Below, piece after piece: positions 41,525-53,547 of a stretch of DNA of 64,000 nt; positions within the stretch are counted from its first letter, which is position 1, and every line of letters starts with the position of its first letter. Where the stretch lies: positions 36,084,001 through 36,148,000 of the forward strand of contig OZ024758.1 of the NCBI GenBank assembly GCA_964016885.1. Reading direction: 5' to 3'. This stretch comes from Eledone cirrhosa. Its lineage: Eukaryota. The notes beneath the pieces were generated by a model. That model was not told the origin of the DNA, did no database searches, and was given only the letters and a program-made list of their open reading frames with translations. A program made the position numbers and the translations under genes.

Positions 41525-44500
41525 ATGGTACTAGCTGTCAGAAGTAACCCCAATGTTGGTGAGAATTCATTTAAGTTCATGGTATTAGCTGTCAGAAGTC
41601 ACTCCAATGTTGGTGAGAATTCATTTAAGTTCATGGTATTAGCTGTCAGAAGTAACTCCACTGTTGGTGAGAATTCATTTAAGTCATGGTATTAGCTGTC
41701 AGAAGTAACTCCAATGTTGGTGAGAATTCATTTAAGTTCATGGTATTAGCTGTCAGAAGTCACTCCACTGTTGGTGAGAATTCATTTAAGTTCATGGTAC
41801 TAGCTGTCAGAAGTAACCCCAATGTTGGTGAGAATTCATTTAAGTTCATGGTATTAGCTGTCAGAAGTCACTCCAATGTTGGTGAGAATTCATTTAAGTT
41901 CATGGTATTAGCTGTCAGAAGTAACTCCACTGTTGGTGAGAATTCATTTAAGTTCATGGTATTAGCTGTCAGAAGTAACTCCACTGTTGGTGAGAATTCA
42001 TTTAAGTTCATGGTATTAGCTGTCAGAAGTAACTCCACTGTTGGTGAGAATTCATTTAAGTCATGGTATTAGCTGTCAGAAGTAACTCCAATGTTGGTGA
42101 GAATTCATTTAAGTTCATGGTATTAGCTGTCAGAAGTCACTCCACTGTTGGTGAGAATTCATTTAAGTTCATGGTACTAGCTGTCAGAAGTAACCCCAAT
42201 GTTGGTGAGAATTCATTTAAGTTCATGGTATTAGCTGTCAGAAGTCACTCCAATGTTGGTGAGAATTCATTTAAGTTCATGGTATTAGCTGTCAGAAGTA
42301 ACTCCACTGTTGGTGAGAATTCATTTAAGTTCATGGTATTAGCTGTCAGAAGTAACTCCACTGTTGGTGAGAATTCATTTAAGTTCATGGTATTAGCTGT
42401 CAGAAGTAACTCCACTGTTGGTGAGAATTCATTTAAGTTCATGGTATTAGCTGTCAGAAGGAACTCCAATGTTGGTGAGAATTCATTTAAGTCATGGTAC
42501 TAGCTGTCAGAAGTAACTGCACTGTTGGTGAGAATTCATTTAAGTTCATGGTATTAGCTGTCAGAAGGAACGCCACTGTTGGTGAGAATTCATTTAAATT
42601 CATGGTATTAGCTGTCAGAAGTAACTCCACTGTTGGTGAGAATTCATTTAAGTTCATGGTACTAGCTGTCAGAAGTAACTCCACTGTTGGTGAGAATTCA
42701 TTTAAGTTCATGGTACTAGCTGTCAGAAGTAACTCCACTGTTGGTGAGAATTCATTTAAGTTCATGGTATTAGCTGTCAGAAGTCACTCCAATGTTGGTG
42801 AGAATTCATTTAAGTTCATGGTATTAGCTGTCAGAAGTCACTCCACTGTTGGTGAGAATTCATTTAAGTCATGGTATTAGCTGTCAGAAGTAACTCCAAT
42901 GTTGGTGAGAATTCATTTAAGTTCATGGTATTAGCTGTCAGAAGTCACTCCACTGTTGGTGAGAATTCATTTAAGTTCATGGTACTAGCTGTCAGAAGTA
43001 ACCCCAATGTTGGTGAGAATTCATTTAAGTTCATGGTATTAACTGTCAGAAGTCACTCCAATGTTGGTGAGAATTCATTTAAGTTCATGGTATTAGCTGT
43101 CAGAAGTAACTCCACTGTTGGTGAGAATTCATTTAAGTTCATGGTATTAGCTGTCAGAAGTAACTCCACTGTTGGTGAGAATTCATTTAAGTTCATGGTA
43201 TTAGCTGTCAGAAGTAACTCCACTGTTGGTGAGAATTCATTTAAGTTCATGGTATTAGCTGTCAGAAGTAACTCCACTGTTGGTGAGAATTCATTTAAGT
43301 TCATGGTATTAGCTGTCAGAAGGAACGCCACTGTTGGTGAGAATTCATTTAAATTCATGGTATTAGCTGTCAGAAGTAACTCCACTGTTGGTGAGAATTC
43401 ATTTAAGTTCATGGTACTAGCTGTCAGAAGTAACTCCAATGTTGGTGAGAATTCATTTAAGTTCATGGTATTAGCTGTCAGAAGGAATTCCACTGTTGCT
43501 GAGAATTCATTTAAGTTCATGGTATTAGCTGTCAGAAGTAACTCCACTGTTGGTGAGAATTCATTTAAGTTCATGGTACTAGCTGTCAGAAGTAACTCCA
43601 CTGTTGGTGAGAATTCATTTAAGTTCATGGTATTAGCTGTCAGAAGTCACTCCAATGTTGGTGAGAATTCATTTAAGTTCATGGTATTAGCTGTCAGAAG
43701 TCACTCCACTGTTGGTGAGAATTCATTTAAGTTCATGGTACTAGCTGTCAGAAGTAACCCCAATGTTGGTGAGAATTCATTTAAGTTCATGGTATTAGCT
43801 GTCAGAAGTCACTCCAATGTTGGTGAGAATTCATTTAAGTTCATGGTATTAGCTGTCAGAAGTAACTCCACTGTTGGTGAGAATTCATTTAAGTTCATGG
43901 TATTAGTTTGTCAGAAGTAACTCCACTGTTGGTGAGAATTCATTTAAGTCATGGTATTAGTTGTCAGAAGTAACTCCAATGTTGGTGAGAATTCATTTAA
44001 GTTCATGGTATTAGCTGTCAGAAGGAACTCCACTGTTGGTGAGAATTCATTTAAGTTCATGGTATTAGCTGTCAGAAGGAACTCCAATGTTGGTGAGAAT
44101 TCATTTAAGTCATGGTACTAGCTGTCAGATGTAACTCCACTGTTGGTGAGAATTCATTTAAGTTCATGGTATTAGCTGTCAGAAGGAACGCCACTGTTGG
44201 TGAGAATTCATTTAAATTCATGGTATTAGCTGTCAGAAGTAACTCCACTGTTGGTGAGAATTCATTTAAGTTCATGGTACTAGCTGTCAGAAGTAACTCC
44301 AATGTTGGTGAGAATTCATTTAAGTTCATGGTATTAGCTGTCAGAAGTAACTCCACTGTTGGTGAGAATTCATTTAAGTTCATGGTATTAGCTGTCAGAA
44401 GTCACTCCAATGTTGGTGAGAATTCATTTAAGTCATGGTACTAGCTGTCAGAAGTAACTCCACTGTTGGTGAGAATTCATTTAAGTTCATTGTATTAGCT

Positions 44501-47500
44501 GTCAGAAGGAACGCCACTGTTGGTGAGAATTCATTTAAGTTCATGGTATTAGCTGTCAGAAGTAACTCCACTGTTGGTGAGAATTCATTTAAGTTCATGG
44601 TACTAGCTGTCAGAAGTAACTCCAATGTTGGTGAGAATTCATTTAAGTTCATGGTATTAGCTGTCAGAAGTCACTCCACTGTTGGTAAGAATTCATTTAA
44701 GTTCATGGTATTAGCTGTCAGAAGTAACTCCACTGTTGGTGAGAATTCATTTAAGTTCATGGTATTAGCTGTCAGAAGGAACGCCACTGTTGGTGAGAAT
44801 TCATTTAAGTTCATGGTATTAGCTGTCAGAAGTAACTCCACTGTTGGTGAGAATTCATTTAAGTTCATGGTACTAGCTGTCAGAAGTAACTCCACTGTTG
44901 GTGAGAATTCATTTAAGTTCATGGTATTAGCTGTCAGAAGTCACTCCAATGTTGGTGAGAATTCATTTAAGTTCATGGTATTAGCTGTCAGAAGTCACTC
45001 CACTGTTGGTGAGAATTCATTTAAGTTCATGGTACTAGCTGTCAGAAGTAACCCCAATGTTGGTGAGAATTCATTTAAGTTCATGGTATTAGCTGTCAGA
45101 AGTCACTCCAATGTTGGTGAGAATTCATTTAAGTTCATGGTATTAGCTGTCAGAAGTAACTCCACTGTTGGTGAGAATTCATTTAAGTTCATGGTATTAG
45201 CTGTCAGAAGTAACTCCACTGTTGGTGAGAATTCATTTAAGTTCATGGTATTAGCTGTCAGAAGTAACTCCACTGTTGGTGAGAATTCATTTAAGTCATG
45301 GTATTAGCTGTCAGAAGTAACTCCAATGTTGGTGAGAATTCATTTAAGTTCATGGTATTAGCTGTCAGAAGTCACTCCACTGTTGGTGAGAATTCATTTA
45401 AGTTCATGGTACTAGCTGTCAGAAGTAACCCCAATGTTGGTGAGAATTCATTTAAGTTCATGGTATTAGCTGTCAGAAGTCACTCCAATGTTGGTGAGAA
45501 TTCATTTAAGTTCATGGTATTAGCTGTCAGAAGTAACTCCACTGTTGGTGAGAATTCATTTAAGTTCATGGTATTAGCTGTCAGAAGTAACTCCACTGTT
45601 GGTGAGAATTCATTTAAGTTCATGGTATTAGCTGTCAGAAGTAACTCCACTGTTGGTGAGAATTCATTTAAGTTCATGGTATTAGCTGTCAGAAGGAACT
45701 CCAATGTTGGTGAGAATTCATTTAAGTCATGGTACTAGCTGTCAGAAGTAACTCCACTGTTGGTGAGAATTCATTTAAGTTCATGGTATTAGCTGTCAGA
45801 AGGAACGCCACTGTTGGTGAGAATTCATTTAAATTCATGGTATTAGCTGTCAGAAGTAACTCCACTGTTGGGGAGAATTCATTTAAGTTCATTGTATTAG
45901 CTGTCAGAAGGAACGCCACTGTTGGTGAGAATTCATTTAAGTTCATGGTACTAGCTGTCAGAAGTAACTCCAATGTTGGTGAGAATTCATTTAAGTTCAT
46001 GGTATTAGCTGTCAGAAGGAACTCCACTGTTGCTGAGAATTCATTTAAGTTCATGGTATTAGCTGTCAGAAGTAACTCCACTGTTGGTGAGAATTCATTT
46101 AAGTTCATGGTACTAGCTGTCAGATGTCACTCCACTGTTGGTGAGAATACATTTAAGTTCATGGTACTAGCTGTCAGAAGTAACCCCAATGTTGGTGAGA
46201 ATTCATTTAAGTTCATGGTATTAGCTGTCAGAAGTCACTCCAATGTTGGTGAGAATTCATTTAAGTTCATGGTATTAGCTGTCAGAAGTAACTCCACTGT
46301 TGGTGAGAATTCATTTAAGTCATGGTATTAGCTGTCAGAAGTAACTCCAATGTTGGTGAGAATTCATTTAAGTTCATGGTATTAGCTGTCAGAAGTCACT
46401 CCACTGTTGGTGAGAATTCATTTAAGTTCATGGTACTAGCTGTCAGAAGTAACCCCAATGTTGGTGAGAATTCATTTAAGTTCATGGTATTAGCTGTCAG
46501 AAGTCACTCCAATGTTGGTGAGAATTCATTTAAGTTCATGGTATTAGCTGTCAGAAGTAACTCCACTGTTGGTGAGAATTCATTTAAGTTCATGGTATTA
46601 GCTGTCAGAAGTAACTCCACTGTTGGTGAGAATTCATTTAAGTTCATGGTATTAGCTGTCAGAAGTAACTCCACTGTTGGTGAGAATTCATTTAAGTCAT
46701 GGTATTAGCTGTCAGAAGTAACTCCAATGTTGGTGAGAATTCATTTAAGTTCATGGTATTAGCTGTCAGAAGTCACTCCACTGTTGGTGAGAATTCATTT
46801 AAGTTCATGGTACTAGCTGTCAGAAGTAACCCCAATGTTGGTGAGAATTCATTTAAGTTCATGGTATTAGCTGTCAGAAGTCACTCCAATGTTGGTGAGA
46901 ATTCATTTAAGTTCATGGTATTAGCTGTCAGAAGTAACTCCACTGTTGGTGAGAATTCATTTAAGTTCATGGTATTAGCTGTCAGAAGTAACTCCACTGT
47001 TGGTGAGAATTCATTTAAGTTCATGGTATTAGCTGTCAGAAGTAACTCCACTGTTGGTGAGAATTCATTTAAGTTCATGGTATTAGCTGTCAGAAGGAAC
47101 TCCAATGTTGGTGAGAATTCATTTAAGTCATGGTACTAGCTGTCAGAAGTAACTGCACTGTTGGTGAGAATTCATTTAAGTTCATGGTATTAGCTGTCAG
47201 AAGGAACGCCACTGTTGGTGAGAATTCATTTAAATTCATGGTATTAGCTGTCAGAAGTAACTCCACTGTTGGTGAGAATTCATTTAAGTTCATGGTACTA
47301 GCTGTCAGAAGTAACTCCACTGTTGGTGAGAATTCATTTAAGTTCATGGTACTAGCTGTCAGAAGTAACTCCACTGTTGGTGAGAATTCATTTAAGTTCA
47401 TGGTATTAGCTGTCAGAAGTCACTCCAATGTTGGTGAGAATTCATTTAAGTTCATGGTATTAGCTGTCAGAAGTCACTCCACTGTTGGTGAGAATTCATT

Positions 47501-50500
47501 TAAGTCATGGTATTAGCTGTCAGAAGTAACTCCAATGTTGGTGAGAATTCATTTAAGTTCATGGTATTAGCTGTCAGAAGTCACTCCACTGTTGGTGAGA
47601 ATTCATTTAAGTTCATGGTACTAGCTGTCAGAAGTAACCCCAATGTTGGTGAGAATTCATTTAAGTTCATGGTATTAACTGTCAGAAGTCACTCCAATGT
47701 TGGTGAGAATTCATTTAAGTTCATGGTATTAGCTGTCAGAAGTAACTCCACTGTTGGTGAGAATTCATTTAAGTTCATGGTATTAGCTGTCAGAAGTAAC
47801 TCCACTGTTGGTGAGAATTCATTTAAGTTCATGGTATTAGCTGTCAGAAGTAACTCCACTGTTGGTGAGAATTCATTTAAGTTCATGGTATTAGCTGTCA
47901 GAAGTAACTCCACTGTTGGTGAGAATTCATTTAAGTTCATGGTATTAGCTGTCAGAAGGAACGCCACTGTTGGTGAGAATTCATTTAAATTCATGGTATT
48001 AGCTGTCAGAAGTAACTCCACTGTTGGTGAGAATTCATTTAAGTTCATGGTACTAGCTGTCAGAAGTAACTCCAATGTTGGTGAGAATTCATTTAAGTTC
48101 ATGGTATTAGCTGTCAGAAGGAATTCCACTGTTGCTGAGAATTCATTTAAGTTCATGGTATTAGCTGTCAGAAGTAACTCCACTGTTGGTGAGAATTCAT
48201 TTAAGTTCATGGTACTAGCTGTCAGAAGTAACTCCACTGTTGGTGAGAATTCATTTAAGTTCATGGTATTAGCTGTCAGAAGTCACTCCAATGTTGGTGA
48301 GAATTCATTTAAGTTCATGGTATTAGCTGTCAGAAGTCACTCCACTGTTGGTGAGAATTCATTTAAGTTCATGGTACTAGCTGTCAGAAGTAACCCCAAT
48401 GTTGGTGAGAATTCATTTAAGTTCATGGTATTAGCTGTCAGAAGTCACTCCAATGTTGGTGAGAATTCATTTAAGTTCATGGTATTAGCTGTCAGAAGTA
48501 ACTCCACTGTTGGTGAGAATTCATTTAAGTTCATGGTATTAGTTTGTCAGAAGTAACTCCACTGTTGGTGAGAATTCATTTAAGTCATGGTATTAGTTGT
48601 CAGAAGTAACTCCAATGTTGGTGAGAATTCATTTAAGTTCATGGTATTAGCTGTCAGAAGGAACTCCACTGTTGGTGAGAATTCATTTAAGTTCATGGTA
48701 TTAGCTGTCAGAAGGAACTCCAATGTTGGTGAGAATTCATTTAAGTCATGGTACTAGCTGTCAGATGTAACTCCACTGTTGGTGAGAATTCATTTAAGTT
48801 CATGGTATTAGCTGTCAGAAGGAACGCCACTGTTGGTGAGAATTCATTTAAATTCATGGTATTAGCTGTCAGAAGTAACTCCACTGTTGGTGAGAATTCA
48901 TTTAAGTTCATGGTACTAGCTGTCAGAAGTAACTCCAATGTTGGTGAGAATTCATTTAAGTTCATGGTATTAGCTGTCAGAAGTAACTCCACTGTTGGTG
49001 AGAATTCATTTAAGTTCATGGTATTAGCTGTCAGAAGTCACTCCAATGTTGGTGAGAATTCATTTAAGTCATGGTACTAGCTGTCAGAAGTAACTCCACT
49101 GTTGGTGAGAATTCATTTAAGTTCATTGTATTAGCTGTCAGAAGGAACGCCACTGTTGGTGAGAATTCATTTAAGTTCATGGTATTAGCTGTCAGAAGTA
49201 ACTCCACTGTTGGTGAGAATTCATTTAAGTTCATGGTACTAGCTGTCAGAAGTAACTCCAATGTTGGTGAGAATTCATTTAAGTTCATGGTATTAGCTGT
49301 CAGAAGTCACTCCACTGTTGGTAAGAATTCATTTAAGTTCATGGTATTAGCTGTCAGAAGTAACTCCACTGTTGGTGAGAATTCATTTAAGTTCATGGTA
49401 TTAGCTGTCAGAAGGAACGCCACTGTTGGTGAGAATTCATTTAAGTTCATGGTATTAGCTGTCAGAAGTAACTCCACTGTTGGTGAGAATTCATTTAAGT
49501 TCATGGTACTAGCTGTCAGAAGTAACTCCACTGTTGGTGAGAATTCATTTAAGTTCATGGTATTAGCTGTCAGAAGTCACTCCAATGTTGGTGAGAATTC
49601 ATTTAAGTTCATGGTATTAGCTGTCAGAAGTCACTCCACTGTTGGTGAGAATTCATTTAAGTTCATGGTACTAGCTGTCAGAAGTAACCCCAATGTTGGT
49701 GAGAATTCATTTAAGTTCATGGTATTAGCTGTCAGAAGTCACTCCAATGTTGGTGAGAATTCATTTAAGTTCATGGTATTAGCTGTCAGAAGTAACTCCA
49801 CTGTTGGTGAGAATTCATTTAAGTTCATGGTATTAGCTGTCAGAAGTAACTCCACTGTTGGTGAGAATTCATTTAAGTTCATGGTATTAGCTGTCAGAAG
49901 TAACTCCACTGTTGGTGAGAATTCATTTAAGTCATGGTATTAGCTGTCAGAAGTAACTCCAATGTTGGTGAGAATTCATTTAAGTTCATGGTATTAGCTG
50001 TCAGAAGTCACTCCACTGTTGGTGAGAATTCATTTAAGTTCATGGTACTAGCTGTCAGAAGTAACCCCAATGTTGGTGAGAATTCATTTAAGTTCATGGT
50101 ATTAGCTGTCAGAAGTCACTCCAATGTTGGTGAGAATTCATTTAAGTTCATGGTATTAGCTGTCAGAAGTAACTCCACTGTTGGTGAGAATTCATTTAAG
50201 TTCATGGTATTAGCTGTCAGAAGTAACTCCACTGTTGGTGAGAATTCATTTAAGTTCATGGTATTAGCTGTCAGAAGTAACTCCACTGTTGGTGAGAATT
50301 CATTTAAGTTCATGGTATTAGCTGTCAGAAGGAACTCCAATGTTGGTGAGAATTCATTTAAGTCATGGTACTAGCTGTCAGAAGTAACTCCACTGTTGGT
50401 GAGAATTCATTTAAGTTCATGGTATTAGCTGTCAGAAGGAACGCCACTGTTGGTGAGAATTCATTTAAATTCATGGTATTAGCTGTCAGAAGTAACTCCA

Positions 50501-50850
50501 CTGTTGGGGAGAATTCATTTAAGTTCATTGTATTAGCTGTCAGAAGGAACGCCACTGTTGGTGAGAATTCATTTAAGTTCATGGTACTAGCTGTCAGAAG
50601 TAACTCCAATGTTGGTGAGAATTCATTTAAGTTCATGGTATTAGCTGTCAGAAGGAACTCCACTGTTGCTGAGAATTCATTTAAGTTCATGGTATTAGCT
50701 GTCAGAAGTAACTCCACTGTTGGTGAGAATTCATTTAAGTTCATGGTACTAGCTGTCAGATGTCACTCCACTGTTGGTGAGAATACATTTAAGTTCATGG
50801 TACTAGCTGTCAGAAGTAACCCCAATGTTGGTGAGAATTCATTTAAGTTC
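41525..50850. repeat. Near-perfect tandem duplication, unit 4,636 bp (86 monomers)
   Basis: ORF starts 41686/42063/42494/42871/44112/44435/45298/45729 map to 46322/46699/47130/47507/48748/49071/49934/50365, all +4636 (86x54 - 8). Shared rare markers are AACTGCACT, TTAGTTTGTC, GTTGGGGAG and AGATGTCAC. Confidence 0.88.
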
Positions 50851-53547
50851 ATGGTATTAGCTGTCAGAAGTAACTCCACTGTTGGTGAGAATTCATTTAA
50901 GTTCATGGTACTAGCTGTCAGAAGTAACTCCAATGTTGGTGAGAATTCATTTAAGTTCATGGTATTAGCTGTCAGAAGGAACTCCACTGTTGCTGAGAAT
51001 TCATTTAAGTTCATGGTATTAGCTGTCAGAAGTAACTCCACTGTTGGTGAGAATTCATTTAAGTTCATGGTACTAGCTGTCAGAAGTCACTCCACTGTTG
51101 GTGAGAATACATTTAAGTTCATGGTACTAGCTGTCAGAAGTAACCCCAATGTTGGTGAGAATTCATTTAAGTTCATGGTATTAGCTGTCAGAAGTCACTC
51201 CAATGTTGGTGAGAATTCATTTAAGTTCATGGTATTAGCTGTCAGAAGTAACTCCACTGTTGGTAAGAATTCATTTAAGTTCATGGTATTAGCTGTCAGA
51301 AGTAACTCCACTGTTGGTGAGAATTCATTTAAGTTCATGGTATTAGCTGTCAGAAGTAACTCCACTGTTGGTGAGAATTCATTTAAGTTCATGGTATTAG
51401 CTGTCAGAAGGAACGCCACTGTTGGTGAGAATTCATTTAAATTCATGGTATTAGCTGTCAGAAGTAACTCCACTGTTGGTGAGAATTCATTTAAGTTCAT
51501 GGTACTAGCTGTCAGAAGTAACTCCAATGTTGGTGAGAATTCATTTAAGTTCATGGTATTAGCTGTCAGAAGTAACTCCACTGTTGGTGAGAATTCATTT
51601 AAGTTCATGGTATTAGCTGTCAGAAGTCACTCCAATGTTGGTGAGAATTCATTTAAGTCATGGTACTAGCTGTCAGAAGTAACTCCACTGTTGGTGAGAA
51701 TTCATTTAAGTTCATTGTATTAGCTGTCAGAAGGAACGCCACTGTTGGTGAGAATTCATTTAAGTTCATGGTATTAGCTGTCAGAAGTAACTCCACTGTT
51801 GGTGAGAATTCATTTAAGTTCATGGTACTAGCTGTCAGAAGTAACTCCAATGTTGGTGAGAATTCATTTAAGTTCATGGTATTAGCTGTCAGAAGTCACT
51901 CCAATGTTGGTGAGAATTCATTTAAGTTCATGGTATTAGCTGTCAGAAGTCACTCCACTGTTGGTAAGAATTCATTTAAGTTCATGGTATTAGCTGTCAG
52001 AAGTAACTCCACTGTTGGTGAGAATTCATTTAAGTTCATGGTATTAGCTGTCAGAAGGAACGCCACTGTTGGTGAGAATTCATTTAAGTTCATGGTATTA
52101 GCTGTCAGAAGTAACTCCACTGTTGGTGAGAATTCATTTAAGTTCATGGTACTAGCTGTCAGAAGTAGCTCCACTGTTGGTGAGAATTCATTTAAGTTCA
52201 TGGTATTAGCTGTCAGAAGTCACTCCACTGTTGGTGAGAATTCATTTAAGTTCATGGTACTAGCTGTCAGAAGTAACCCCAATGTTGGTGAGAATTCATT
52301 TAAGTTCATGGTATTAGCTGTCAGAAGTCACTCCAATGTTGGTGAGAATTCATTTAAGTTCATGGTATTAGCTGTCAGAAGTAACTCCACTGTTGGTGAG
52401 AATTCATTTAAGTTCATGGTATTAGCTGTCAGAAGTAACTCCACTGTTGGTGAGAATTCATTTAAGTTCATGGTATTAGCTGTCAGAAGTAACTCCACTG
52501 TTGGTGAGAATTCATTTAAGTCATGGTATTAGCTGTCAGAAGTAACTCCAATGTTGGTGAGAATTCATTTAAGTTCATGGTATTAGCTGTCAGAAGTCAC
52601 TCCACTGTTGGTGAGAATTCATTTAAGTTCATGGTACTAGCTGTCAGAAGTAACCCCAATGTTGGTGAGAATTCATTTAAGTTCATGGTATTAGCTGTCA
52701 GAAGTCACTCCAATGTTGGTGAGAATTCATTTAAGTTCATGGTATTAGCTGTCAGAAGTAACTCCACTGTTGGTGAGAATTCATTTAAGTTCATGGTATT
52801 AGCTGTCAGAAGTAACTCCACTGTTGGTGAGAATTCATTTAAGTTCATGGTATTAGCTGTCAGAAGTAACTCCACTGTTGGTGAGAATTCATTTAAGTTC
52901 ATGGTATTAGCTGTCAGAAGGAACTCCAATGTTGGTGAGAATTCATTTAAGTCATGGTACTAGCTGTCAGAAGTAACTCCACTGTTGGTGAGAATTCATT
53001 TAAGTTCATGGTATTAGCTGTCAGAAGGAACGCCACTGTTGGTGAGAATTCATTTAAATTCATGGTATTAGCTGTCAGAAGTAACTCCACTGTTGGTGAG
53101 TATTCATTTAAGTTCATTGTATTAGCTGTCAGAAGGAACGCCACTGTTGGTGAGAATTCATTTAAGTTCATGGTATTAGCTGTCAGAAGTAACTCCACTG
53201 TTGGTGAGAATTCATTTAAGTTCATGGTACTAGCTGTCAGAAGTAACTCCAATGTTGGTGAGAATTCATTTAAGTTCATGGTATTAGCTGTCAGAAGGAA
53301 CTCCACTGTTGCTGAGAATTCATTTAAGTTCATGGTATTAGCTGTCAGAAGTAACTCCACTGTTGGTGAGAATTCATTTAAGTTCATGGTACTAGCTGTC
53401 AGAAGTCACTCCACTGTTGGTGAGAATACATTTAAGTTCATGGTACTAGCTGTCAGAAGTAACCCCAATGTTGGTGAGAATTCATTTAAGTTCATGGTAT
53501 TAGCTGTCAGAAGTAACTTCACTGTTGGTGAGAATTCATTTAAGTTC

